Positions 1 through 8,867 of a stretch of DNA of 64,000 nt are shown in pieces. The notes beneath the pieces are model-generated. The model did no database searches, was not told the origin of the DNA, and saw only the letters and a list, made by a program, of their open reading frames with translations. The position numbers were made by a program, and so were the translations under genes. Origin of the DNA: an uncultured bacterium (GTDB lineage Bacteria > Acidobacteriota > Thermoanaerobaculia > Multivoradales > JAHZIX01); assembly GCA_965368975.1 (NCBI GenBank), contig CBDUPA010000023.1:1-64000 (forward strand), written 5' to 3'. How positions within the stretch are numbered: the stretch's first letter is position 1; each line of letters opens with the position of its first letter.

Positions 1-78
1 TGTTCCTGGATGGGCTGTACGGGTTGTTCCTGGATGGGCTGTACGGGTTGTTCCTGGATAGGCTGTTCCTGTACGGGC
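1..78. repeat. 24-bp/15-bp tandem repeats encoding QPIQEQPV
   Basis: tgttcctggatgggctgtacgggt x2 plus degenerate copies. Confidence 0.85.
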
Positions 79-1226
79 TCTTCTGGCATTGGCTCCATTT
101 GCAGTGTCACGGGCTGTGCTGCGGCCACGACCGGTGCCTCTTCGGCCATCTCGGCTCCGGCGGGCGGAATGGGTGCGCGCGTGGCGACCACGCTCTGTGG
201 GTCGTTGTGATGGCTCCACAGGGTCTCGCCGGCGCTGGCGGCGGGCAGGGTTGCGGTAGCGTCCGGATCGAAGATGGCCATCGGCAGCTCGAGACGAGCG
301 ACGCGCAGCAGTTGCCACTTCCACATTTCCTGGCCATTCTGCAGACGCCAGCGGCGCAGCGGCATGTCGTCGAGCACGGCATACGGATTGACGTCGTCGC
401 CGTCGACCGGCGGAGCGATGCCGCGTTCGATGCTGGCGGTCAGGCGACGCAGGCGTACGGCGCGGTCGGTGACGCGACTGAGCCGCGACAAGAGGTCGCG
501 CGCCCAGACGGGAATGCCGGTCTCAGCCGCCGGTACCGTGCAGGCTCGCGAGACCTCACGCCGCTGCCGGCTGCCGTCAGAGGTCAGGCGCTCGCGCTCC
601 AGGCCGACCAGCCGGCAGGGCTGATCGTCGGTGTCCATGTCGAGGATTTCCTCCGGGGACAGTTCGCGCGTGTAGACCTCGTTGTAGCTGGTCAGGTAGT
701 GGCGATAAGCGGTGATGCGGGCCAGGATGTTCGCCTGCTGCGTGGCTTCCAGCTGCGCGGCCATGGTCTCGGACTCGTCCATCTGCTGTGCCAGCGTCGC
801 TTCCGCGAGCTCGATCATGCGCGCGCGGATTTCGGTCACCTCGCCGGTCTGTCGCTGGATCACCAGGAAGCGGTCTGGGTCGGCGAGGAAGATCAGGCTC
901 AGGTTGTCGACACTGCCCGTTGCCTGCGGTCCGGCTGTGCTGCTCGAAACGGTGTGCCCATCCAGGCGCATGTGCCCGGGAACCAGCAAGCCCAAGACTT
1001 CCGTCACGTCGCCGCCGCCCTCGCTCAGGTCGCTTTCCCGCCAGGTGATGAGCAGGCCTTCGGTGGTCTGCGCGCTGTCCAGCGTCGCGGGCTCCGCCTG
1101 GGGCTCCGCCTGGGCCGTGGCCGGGCCTGTCGAGGACCACGGTGCGGCCAGCAGGAGCGCGACGGTGGCAGCGGCGAAAGGACGGAGCAGAGACGGACAT
1201 CGGGGTAGGCAAGACTGGAGCATCAT
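1..1226 (-). CDS. Secreted hypothetical protein (3' end outside window) with Q/P/E-rich repeat linker
   Basis: Not in the ORF track because it has no stop in the window. Manual translation from ATG 1226 gives MMLQSCLPRCPSLLRPFAAATVALLLAAPWSSTGPATAQAEP..., open to position 1. It has a signal-peptide-like N-terminus and EPVQEQPIQEQPVQPIQE repeats. Confidence 0.7.
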   Translation of the reverse strand, partial: MMLQSCLPRCPSLLRPFAAATVALLLAAPWSSTGPATAQAEPQAEPATLDSAQTTEGLLITWRESDLSEGGGDVTEVLGLLVPGHMRLDGHTVSSSTAGPQATGSVDNLSLIFLADPDRFLVIQRQTGEVTEIRARMIELAEATLAQQMDESETMAAQLEATQQANILARITAYRHYLTSYNEVYTRELSPEEILDMDTDDQPCRLVGLERERLTSDGSRQRREVSRACTVPAAETGIPVWARDLLSRLSRVTDRAVRLRRLTASIERGIAPPVDGDDVNPYAVLDDMPLRRWRLQNGQEMWKWQLLRVARLELPMAIFDPDATATLPAASAGETLWSHHNDPQSVVATRAPIPPAGAEMAEEAPVVAAAQPVTLQMEPMPEEPVQEQPIQEQPVQPIQEQPVQPIQE

Positions 1227-1298
1227 GGGCACATTCTATACCGCCCGCACCTGATACCGCTGGCGGCAGACCGTTGTCGCCGCGCGTGCTGCACACGG

Positions 1299-1357
1299 GT
1301 CACGGGAATGCCATGCCGGTGTCACACCGGGCAGGCAGAGTCACGCTCATGTTCACG
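1299..1357 (+). promoter_or_regulatory. Possible PHO-box-like direct repeats upstream of the phoB-like gene
   Basis: GTCAC(1299)-GCCAT(1310)-GTCAC(1321) at 11-bp period, then GTCAC(1340) and GTTCAC(1351). Confidence 0.3.
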
Positions 1358-1567
1358 ACCTCGAGGTCCAGCAGCCTCCACGTCTCAACTCTACGTTGAC
1401 TCCTACCTTCATACTCCTGCTCTGAGCCTGCGACCCGGTGCCCACGCAGGTCGGCGAAGAGACCTATGCACAAGATCTTGGTTCATGCCCAGACCACGTT
1501 TCCTCCGCCCCCGCCGAGCCCTGTTCGCGGCCAGAGCCTCGACCGTGGCATGGTATCTTCAACCCTG

Positions 1568-2251
1568 ATGAGCGACCCTCGAATCTTCGTGGTGGAAGAC
1601 GAGCCGGACATCGCCGATGTACTGCGCTACAACCTGGAACGCGAAGGCTTCCAGGTCCAGGTCTATACCCGCGGCGACACCGCTTTGGAAGCGATCCGCG
1701 CCGAGATGCCAAACCTTCTGCTGCTCGACTTGCAACTGCCCGGGCTCAGTGGCCTGGAGCTGACGCGTCTGCTCAAGCGGGAGGAAAGCTTCGCCCGCCT
1801 GCCAGTGGTGATGCTGACAGCACGCAGCGACGAGGTCGACCGCATCGTCGGCTTCGAACTAGGTGCGGACGACTACATCAGCAAGCCCTTCAGCCCGCGG
1901 GAAGTGGTGCTGCGCGTCAAGGCGGTTCTGCGGCGCGCCAAGGCCGCGGCCGGCAAACAAGAAGCCCTGTCGGTCGGCGGTATCGTGCTCGACGTGCCCG
2001 GCCATCGCCTGTCCATCGACGGGCAAGAGGTTACCCTCACCGCCACCGAGTTCCGGTTGCTCAGACTGCTCATGGAACGGGCTGGCCGGGTGCAGACGCG
2101 CACTCAGCTGTTGTCGGACGTCTGGGGCTACGCCGAGGATGTCGACAGCCGTACCGTCGATACCCACATTCGCCGCTTGCGCCGCAAGCTGGGCGGCGAA
2201 GCGGAGCGCATCGAGACGGTGGTGGGCGTCGGCTACCGTCTGCGCGTGTGA
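1568..2251 (+). CDS. phoB: OmpR/PhoB-family response regulator
   Basis: Receiver domain (VVEDE, LLDLQLP, GADDYISKPF) plus winged helix (LTATEFRLL, RTVDTHIRRLRRKL, IETVVGVGY). Start trimmed to ATG 1568. Confidence 0.85.
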   Translation: MSDPRIFVVEDEPDIADVLRYNLEREGFQVQVYTRGDTALEAIRAEMPNLLLLDLQLPGLSGLELTRLLKREESFARLPVVMLTARSDEVDRIVGFELGADDYISKPFSPREVVLRVKAVLRRAKAAAGKQEALSVGGIVLDVPGHRLSIDGQEVTLTATEFRLLRLLMERAGRVQTRTQLLSDVWGYAEDVDSRTVDTHIRRLRRKLGGEAERIETVVGVGYRLRV

Positions 2252-2263
2252 AAGGAGGGCCGC

Positions 2264-4096
2264 GTGAGGCCCTTCCCCTTCTTTCGCTTACGCCTGACTA
2301 GCCTGTGGCCCGCTGTCGCGGCCTTGACGGCGGCGAGTGTTCTGCTGGGCTGGTGGCTGCTGCCGGACTTGGTGCAGCGCAACGCGGAAGAGCACTTGCT
2401 CGACTGGGTGCAAATCCTGACGCCGGTTGCTGCCGAGCAAGGGGCTGCTGAGCAAGGGGCCGACGAGCAAGGGGCCGACGAGTCGCGGCAGCTGCAGGCC
2501 TGGGTAGAGGAGTTGACGCGCAGCGGCACCCTACGCCTGACCGTCATCCGTGACGACGGCTTGGTGCTGGCCGACAGCGATCAGAGCTGGCAGGCTGTGC
2601 AGACGATGGACAATCACGCCGGCCGGCCCGAAGTCGCCAGCGCGCTCCAGGACGGCAGTGGTGCCGCTACCCGCACGTCGAAGACGACCGGTCTGGCCTA
2701 CGTCTATGCCGCGCGTGCCTATAGCGCCGGCAACCGCCGCCTGATCTTGCGCGTCGCCAAGCCGCTGCGGGACCTCGACCTGCTGCGCAATCGGTTGCTA
2801 CAAACGACCGCGGCGGCGGCGGCGCTCGGCCTGCTCGTGCTGGCGCTGACCTACTGGCGTCTCGACTCGCGTTTCTTCCGGCCGCTGAGCCAATTGCTCG
2901 ATGCCGCCGATCGGTTGGGCGGCGAGGAGCAGCAACAGCTGGAGCTGCCGCAGCAGCTCGACCTGGCACGGCTGGCGGCGGCGCTCAACCGGCTGGACCG
3001 GCGTGTCCATGAGCAGTTGGCGACGCTGCAGGACGAGCGCGACCACCTGCAGCGCATCCTCGCCAGCATGCACGAAGGCGTCCTGGTCACCGATCGTTCC
3101 GGCCGCGCACGCCTGGCCAACCAGGCCTTCCTGCGCCTCTTCCGGTTGGTCGATGCGGACTCGGTGATCGGACGCTTGCCGCTGGAACTCAGCCGCCAGC
3201 GCCAGCTGGCAGAGGTCATCGAAGCTTCGTTGTCGGGAACGGGGGAGTCTCAGCCGGAGCAGATCCTGGAAACGCCGCGCGACCGGGTTTTGGCGCTGAC
3301 CGGGACGGCATTGACCGGGGCTTCGTCCGTCGCTGGCGCGGCGGAGGTGGCAGGCGCCGTCGTGGTGGCGCGCGACATCACAGAGCAACAGCGGCTGACC
3401 CGGATGCGTCGCGACTTCGTGGCCAATGTCTCGCACGAGCTGAAGACGCCGCTGGCGGCCATCCGTGGCTACGCCGAGACGCTGCGCGACGGTGCCCTCG
3501 AAGACAAGCCGGCCGCCGAGCGCTTCACCGATCGCATCCTCGTCCAGTGCCAGCGCCTGCAGGTGCTGCTCGAGGACTTGCTGACGCTGTCACGCTTGGA
3601 AAGCGTGGCGCAGCAGCCGGACCTGGATCCTGTCGATCTGGTGCGTCTGGCCGAGCGCACCGCCGAGCTGGTGGTGCCGGTGGCGCAGGAGCAGAACGTC
3701 GAGCTGGCGCTGGCCCTGGAGCCGGTGCCGGCGATCGTCGGAATCCACAACGATCTCGAACGCTTGCTGCTCAACCTGTTGCACAACGCCATCAAGTACA
3801 ACCGTGCCGGCGGGCGTGTGACCTTGCGTCTGGCGCCGGTCGGCGACCAGGTATGCCTGGAAGTCGAGGACAGTGGCATCGGTATCCCGGTCGAGGTCCA
3901 GCCGCGGATCTTCGAGCGCTTCTATCGGGTCGACAAGGACCGCTCGCGCAGCGCCGGTGGTACAGGGCTGGGCTTGTCGATCGTCAAGCACATCGTGCAG
4001 GCGCACGAGGGGACGTTGGAAGTCGAGAGTACGCTCGGTGTTGGCTCGCGGTTCCGAGTCCTGCTGCCGATCGAGCCGCTCCAGCGTCCGGCCTGA
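2264..4096 (+). CDS. phoR: PhoR-like sensor histidine kinase (2 TM, HAMP, PAS, HisKA, HATPase)
   Basis: MDNHAGRPEV periplasmic motif, DFVANVSHELKTPL H-box, NLLHNAIKY, FERFYRVDKDRSR, GGTGLGLSIVKH. Confidence 0.85.
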   Translation: MRPFPFFRLRLTSLWPAVAALTAASVLLGWWLLPDLVQRNAEEHLLDWVQILTPVAAEQGAAEQGADEQGADESRQLQAWVEELTRSGTLRLTVIRDDGLVLADSDQSWQAVQTMDNHAGRPEVASALQDGSGAATRTSKTTGLAYVYAARAYSAGNRRLILRVAKPLRDLDLLRNRLLQTTAAAAALGLLVLALTYWRLDSRFFRPLSQLLDAADRLGGEEQQQLELPQQLDLARLAAALNRLDRRVHEQLATLQDERDHLQRILASMHEGVLVTDRSGRARLANQAFLRLFRLVDADSVIGRLPLELSRQRQLAEVIEASLSGTGESQPEQILETPRDRVLALTGTALTGASSVAGAAEVAGAVVVARDITEQQRLTRMRRDFVANVSHELKTPLAAIRGYAETLRDGALEDKPAAERFTDRILVQCQRLQVLLEDLLTLSRLESVAQQPDLDPVDLVRLAERTAELVVPVAQEQNVELALALEPVPAIVGIHNDLERLLLNLLHNAIKYNRAGGRVTLRLAPVGDQVCLEVEDSGIGIPVEVQPRIFERFYRVDKDRSRSAGGTGLGLSIVKHIVQAHEGTLEVESTLGVGSRFRVLLPIEPLQRPA

Positions 4097-4249
4097 CGGC
4101 TCGCCGCTGCAGGATCGTCGAGGCTCAGCGCAGCACGGAGCCCAGCGCGGTCATCGGGTGGACTTGTGGGTAGCCGTTCTCTTTGGAGCTGTTGTCTGCT
4201 ATTATTTGGCATCTTGTGCCTAAAACTTGACGAAGAAGATCAAGAAAAG

Positions 4250-5584
4250 ATGCCTGCTGACGACACTGTTGACTGTCCTGGCCCGGAAGAACTCGCCGAG
4301 CTGCTGGCGCATCGCCAGTCCCAGATCGCCGAAACTCCGGAGCCGATCCGAAACCTCCTGCAGCGCCTGGACCATTGGTTGCAGAGCTGTTCCACGTGCA
4401 AGCGCAACCTGCGCGAGATCCAGTACTGGCAGCGCGTGGTGGCGCATCCCGATCCACGCATCGCGGTACGGGAGTACCCGCGCATTCGCGAGCTGTGGTC
4501 GCGCCTCGAAGGACTCACGCCGCGCCAGCTGACCGAGAGGCTCGACGGACCGGCGCTGCGCGAGTTCGTGGAGCCGTGTCGCTGGGCGTTGGCGCAGCGC
4601 CTGCTGCGCGAGAGTCAGTCGACCGTCTCCTTCGACTACGAGCGCGCGTGCGAATTCGCCGAACTCTCCATCGCCCTCGTCATGCTCCTGCCGGTCGAAG
4701 AGTACGGCGAAGTGCCGCTGCGCGATCTGGAGATCCAGGCTCTGGCCTGCGCGGGCAATGCCCAGCGCGTCGGGGACCAGTTGAACGAGGCGCGCCTGCA
4801 CTTTGACCAGGCCCTGCGACGCATCGAGCGTCGACCACCGGTGCCGCTGCCCACGCAAGCCATGGTGGCGGACCTCTTCGGTTCCTTGCTGCGCGACATG
4901 CGCGAACTGCACGAGGCCGAGCAGACCTGGCTGCGGGCGGTGACCCTCTACCTGCACTTCGACGACCGGTCGATGGCCGGCAAGGTGCACCTCAACCTGG
5001 GCAACGTCTCCGAACTGCGCGGTGAGTTGCACTGCGGTGTGCGCTACCTGCGCAAGGCGCAGGGGTTGGTCGATCCGGGCTCGGATCCTTCCCTCTACGG
5101 CATCTGCCACCAGCACCTGCTCTACTTCTGCACCGAGGTCGAACTCCTCGACGAAGCGGAAGCGCTGTTGCCCCGCGTGCGCCGGCTGTGGCACCGCATG
5201 CGGCACCAGCACAATCTGGCGCTCACCCACTGGGTCGAGGGCCGTATCCGGCAGGCGCGCGGGGAGCTGGAAGAAGCCGAACGTATCTTCCGCGTGCTGA
5301 TCCGGACGTTCCATCGCCAGCATCGACCCTACGAAGTAGCCCTGCTCCACCTCGACCTTTCGGCCTTGTCGGCGGAGCAGGGCGATCTGGAGCACGCTCG
5401 AGATCTGGCGTCGCAGGCCTGCGCGACGCTCCAGCTGCTGCATGTCCCGAAGCAGGTCGAGTCGGCGCTGCAAGCCCTGGTCGATCTGGTCGAGACGGAA
5501 GAACTGACCGCGAACGCCTTGCGGGCGAGTCTGAAGCGGCTCCAGCGGATCGTGCGTGCGTCTCAAGATCCTCTGGTGCTATGA
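4250..5584 (+). CDS. Cytoplasmic TPR-like helical-repeat protein with N-terminal H-x4-C-x2-C knuckle
   Basis: HWLQSCSTC near the N-terminus; helical repeats (ALACAGNAQRVGDQLNEARLHF, KVHLNLGNV, EGRIRQARGELEEAE); no signal peptide. Start set at ATG 4250. Confidence 0.75.
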   Translation: MPADDTVDCPGPEELAELLAHRQSQIAETPEPIRNLLQRLDHWLQSCSTCKRNLREIQYWQRVVAHPDPRIAVREYPRIRELWSRLEGLTPRQLTERLDGPALREFVEPCRWALAQRLLRESQSTVSFDYERACEFAELSIALVMLLPVEEYGEVPLRDLEIQALACAGNAQRVGDQLNEARLHFDQALRRIERRPPVPLPTQAMVADLFGSLLRDMRELHEAEQTWLRAVTLYLHFDDRSMAGKVHLNLGNVSELRGELHCGVRYLRKAQGLVDPGSDPSLYGICHQHLLYFCTEVELLDEAEALLPRVRRLWHRMRHQHNLALTHWVEGRIRQARGELEEAERIFRVLIRTFHRQHRPYEVALLHLDLSALSAEQGDLEHARDLASQACATLQLLHVPKQVESALQALVDLVETEELTANALRASLKRLQRIVRASQDPLVL

Positions 5585-5616
5585 AGCGAACCTTGGATCT
5601 TGCGGCCGCCTACGGC

Positions 5617-5859
5617 TCAGCCGTTGGGGTCGATCATGGCACTTCGGCCGTTGGGGTCGATCATGGCACTGCGGCCGTTGGGGTCGATCATGGCACTGCG
5701 GCCGTTGGGATCGATCATCGCGCTGCGCGCCGCGCTGACAGCTGGGCTCGCCGGCACGTTGTTCGGGGCGGCAACCGCGGGCAGGGCGCACAGGGCTGAG
5801 CAGCAGACGGTCAAGGCCAGGGTGATCGCGGTGCGGAACAGGTGGGTGGTAGTGAACAT
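5617..5859 (-). CDS. Small secreted repeat prepropeptide (4x RSAMIDPNG)
   Basis: AAGGAGAG RBS; Sec signal ending ...LPAVA|A; four identical nonapeptides, the last ending exactly at the stop codon. Confidence 0.8.
   Translation of the reverse strand: MFTTTHLFRTAITLALTVCCSALCALPAVAAPNNVPASPAVSAARSAMIDPNGRSAMIDPNGRSAMIDPNGRSAMIDPNG
5620..5727. repeat. 27-bp tandem repeat x4 (coding)
   Basis: gccgttggggtcgatcatggcactgcg units; differences between copies are synonymous in the minus-strand frame. Confidence 0.95.
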
Positions 5860-6104
5860 GGTTGTACTCTCCTTGCAGGGTTCTGGTCATCTCCAGGCGG
5901 ACCCGAGTAGCTGAGATGTCCGACTTTCGATAGCCAATGTCTATTTTTCCGCAACAGAACAAAGATTGCGCTCTCTGTATCGATTGCAGGGTCTAACTCC
6001 TTCTTTTCAGAAAAAAGATAGGTTTCTGGCCCTTGCTTGTCAACTCGTCTGTGGATGGGGCGCTACAGCCGCGGAATCCAGGTAGGTTGCGTATACTGCC
6101 GGGC

Positions 6105-6896
6105 ATGAAAATCACGAGAGATCTGCCGTCTTTGGTGACTGGCGCTTCCTCTGGCATCGGCCGTGAGATCGCGCTCCAACTCGGCCGCCGAGGTTGCCGC
6201 GTGGCCCTGCTTGCTCGCTCGCGGGAGGCACTGGAAGCCGTCGCCCAAGAAGTCGAACAGGCGGGAGGGCAGGCTCTCGTCTTGCCCACGGATGTCACTC
6301 AGGAGGAGCAGGTCGCGGAGGCGGTACGACAAGCGGTCGAGCGCTTCGACGGTCTGCGGCTGGTGATCGCCAACGCTGGGCTGGGGCGCTATGGCCTGAT
6401 CGAAGAGCAACCCGCCGAGCATGTCGAGACCACCATCCTGACGAACTACGCCGGTCTCACTCGCGTCGTGCGCCACGCTCTGCCGCACCTGCTCGCGGCG
6501 ACCCCCGCGCATATCGTTGGCGTCACCTCTTCCGCCGGCCTCATCCCGCACCGCCTGGCCTCGGCCTACTGCGCCTCCAAGGCCGCCAGCAATGCCTACC
6601 TGGCGACACTGCGCCTGGAGGTCCTGGATCGCGGCGTTGGCGTCAGCTGGATCTGTCCAGGCCTGGTCGAGACTCCTTTCGTCGGCAAGGCGGATCTGGA
6701 TCCCGAGAAGGATCTACCGCTGCTGGCGCGCCTCCTGGTGCGGCCGTTGCAGCCCGAAGCCGTTGCTCGCGCCACGCTGCGGGCCGTCGAGCGAGGGCAG
6801 GGCGAGGTCGTGATGCCTCGGATGATGCGCTTCTTCGCCTGGACGCGACGCCTCGCCCCGGCGACGGCGGACTGGCTGAATCGCAAGACGGGATGA
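6105..6896 (+). CDS. Short-chain dehydrogenase/reductase
   Basis: VTGASSGIG, NAG, catalytic YCASK. Confidence 0.92.
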   Translation: MKITRDLPSLVTGASSGIGREIALQLGRRGCRVALLARSREALEAVAQEVEQAGGQALVLPTDVTQEEQVAEAVRQAVERFDGLRLVIANAGLGRYGLIEEQPAEHVETTILTNYAGLTRVVRHALPHLLAATPAHIVGVTSSAGLIPHRLASAYCASKAASNAYLATLRLEVLDRGVGVSWICPGLVETPFVGKADLDPEKDLPLLARLLVRPLQPEAVARATLRAVERGQGEVVMPRMMRFFAWTRRLAPATADWLNRKTG

Positions 6897-6940
6897 GTCG
6901 GGCCCGCCGCAAGCTCCTGACGGCTTGATAGACTTGGTAG

Positions 6941-7474
6941 ATGAAATTCGAAGTCGAAAATGTGTTTCCTACCTCGCCCGAAGAGGTCGCCCAAGCGGTC
7001 TTGGATGTCGAGTTCCAGGCTGAGTTGTACGAGGCTCTGGAGTACCCCCGCTGGCAGGAGACGAGCCGCACCGAGGAAGCGGACGGTGGTCTGCACCGGA
7101 CTCTCGAAGTGACACCACCGGTGGCACTGCCGGGTTTCATCCGCTCCGCGCTCGGCGACGCCACGGGTTACGGCGAGTCGCAGGTCTGGGCACCGGATCG
7201 TCTGTCCTACGCCTGGGACGTCGACTTCGAGCTCTCCTCTCGCATCGAGATGACCGGCCGCTGTACCTTCGAGCCTTGTGAGGTCGACGGTGGCGATGGT
7301 TGCCGGCGGGTGATTCGGGCCGAAGTCAAGGTCGGCATCCCGCTGCTCGGCGGTCGCATCGCCGCCTACCTGCGCGACGAGACGGTGAAGACGCAGACGG
7401 AAGCTGCAGAGGGGCTGGCCCAGTCGATGGCAGCGTCGCTGGCAGCGTCGCTGGCAGAGGGCTTGGCCGAGTAG
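6941..7474 (+). CDS. DUF2505 / START-like fold protein
   Basis: Size and C-terminal ...IRAEVKVGIPLLGGRIA motif typical of DUF2505. Confidence 0.65.
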   Translation: MKFEVENVFPTSPEEVAQAVLDVEFQAELYEALEYPRWQETSRTEEADGGLHRTLEVTPPVALPGFIRSALGDATGYGESQVWAPDRLSYAWDVDFELSSRIEMTGRCTFEPCEVDGGDGCRRVIRAEVKVGIPLLGGRIAAYLRDETVKTQTEAAEGLAQSMAASLAASLAEGLAE

Positions 7475-7502
7475 GCCCGGTGGTCGCCCAAAGGGAATTA
7501 TC

Positions 7503-8867
7503 ATGAGTGCCCACAAGCTCAGTGCGGTCGACAGCGCCTGGTTGCGCATGGAGGACCCCACCAACCTGATGACCATCACAGGCGTGATGACCTTCCGGGG
7601 GGTGGTGGAGTTCCAGCGCATCAAGCGGCTGATCGAAGACAAGCTGCTGGATCACCCGCGCTTCCGCCGCAAGGTGGTCGAAGCACGCTTCGGCGGGCCG
7701 CGCTGGCAGGACGACGACTACTTCGCCCTCAGTCATCACCTGCACCGCACCGCCTTGCCCAGCGAGGGCGGCAAGGAGCAGCTCGAGGAGCTGGTCAGCA
7801 GCCTGATGAGCACGCCGCTCGACTACGCGCGTCCCTTGTGGCAGTTTCACTTCATCGACAACTTTCAGGGCGGTTCGGCGCTGGTGCTGCGCGTGCACCA
7901 CTGCATTGGCGACGGCATGAGCTTGATGCAGGTGACGCTCGATCTCGCCGATGCGCAGAACGAAGCGTCCGCTGCGGTCGGTCATGCTGGCCGCCCACCC
8001 GGCGGCGACTCACCCGGAAGAGGCCAACCTGGCAGTAGCAAGCGCTCGCTCACCGAGACGCTGCTGCATGAAGGCGCCCAGGTGCTCGCCGACCCCGGCC
8101 GTATCCTGGACTTGTGGAAGACCGGCGGCGAAGCGGCGCGCGTGCTCGGCCGCCTGGTGGCCCTGCCCGCGGACACGCCGACCCCCTTGCGTGGTCGGCT
8201 CGGCACCCAGAAGCGTTGTGTCTGGTCCCGCCCCATCTCTCTACAGGGGGTCAAGGACATCGGCAAGGTGCTGGGGGCCACCGTCAACGATGTGCTGATG
8301 TCCGCTGTAGCCGGTGCCTTGCGCCGCTACCTCGTCGGCCGTGGACACACTCCGTCCGCCGACATGCGTGTCGTCGTGCCGGTGAACCTGCGCCCGCTCG
8401 ACGACCTCAGTCTGGGCAACAAGTTCGGGCTCGTCTTTCTCGCCCTGCCCGTGGGCGTCGAGGACCCGCGCGAACGCCTGCGGCAGACCAAGGAACGCAT
8501 GGACGCGATCAAGGAGTCTCCCGAGGCCTTCGTCGCCTTTGGCGTGCTGCAGGCCCTCGGCATGACCACCGCCGAGATCGAAGAGATGGTGCTCAACCTC
8601 TTCGGGCAGAAAGCCACCGGCGTCGCCACCAATGTTCCCGGCCCGCGTTCGCCGCTGCAACTCGCCGGCAGCGAGGTCGACGGGCTGATGTTCTGGGTGC
8701 CGCAGAGCGGGCGTCTCGGCCTGGGAATCAGCGTGCTCAGCTACAGTGGGCAGGTCCGCATCGGCATCGCGACGGACACGGGCCTGGCGCCGGATCCACA
8801 TTCGATCGTCGAGGGCTACCACCTGGCGCTGGAAGAGCTGATGGCGACCGCCGAAGCAGCCTCCTAG
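7503..8867 (+). CDS. Wax ester synthase / diacylglycerol acyltransferase (WS/DGAT)
   Basis: LSAVDSAWLRME, PLW, catalytic HHCIGDG, TVNDV, TNVPGP, SYSG. Confidence 0.93.
   Translation: MSAHKLSAVDSAWLRMEDPTNLMTITGVMTFRGVVEFQRIKRLIEDKLLDHPRFRRKVVEARFGGPRWQDDDYFALSHHLHRTALPSEGGKEQLEELVSSLMSTPLDYARPLWQFHFIDNFQGGSALVLRVHHCIGDGMSLMQVTLDLADAQNEASAAVGHAGRPPGGDSPGRGQPGSSKRSLTETLLHEGAQVLADPGRILDLWKTGGEAARVLGRLVALPADTPTPLRGRLGTQKRCVWSRPISLQGVKDIGKVLGATVNDVLMSAVAGALRRYLVGRGHTPSADMRVVVPVNLRPLDDLSLGNKFGLVFLALPVGVEDPRERLRQTKERMDAIKESPEAFVAFGVLQALGMTTAEIEEMVLNLFGQKATGVATNVPGPRSPLQLAGSEVDGLMFWVPQSGRLGLGISVLSYSGQVRIGIATDTGLAPDPHSIVEGYHLALEELMATAEAAS

Noticed and set aside
24-1208. 394-aa plus-strand ORF and other long antisense ORFs (4220..5566, 8114..9607, 17943..19580, 44041..45675, 48943..50235)
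   Set aside because: These are high-GC shadow ORFs opposite recognisable genes, with no motifs of their own.
5620-5727. 27-bp repeats as a CRISPR array
   Set aside because: The units are contiguous with no spacers, they are in-frame coding, and there are no cas genes in the window.
5620-5727. IDPNG as an Rhs DPxG autoproteolysis site
   Set aside because: There is no Rhs/YD core, downstream toxin domain or immunity gene; only the short motif is similar.
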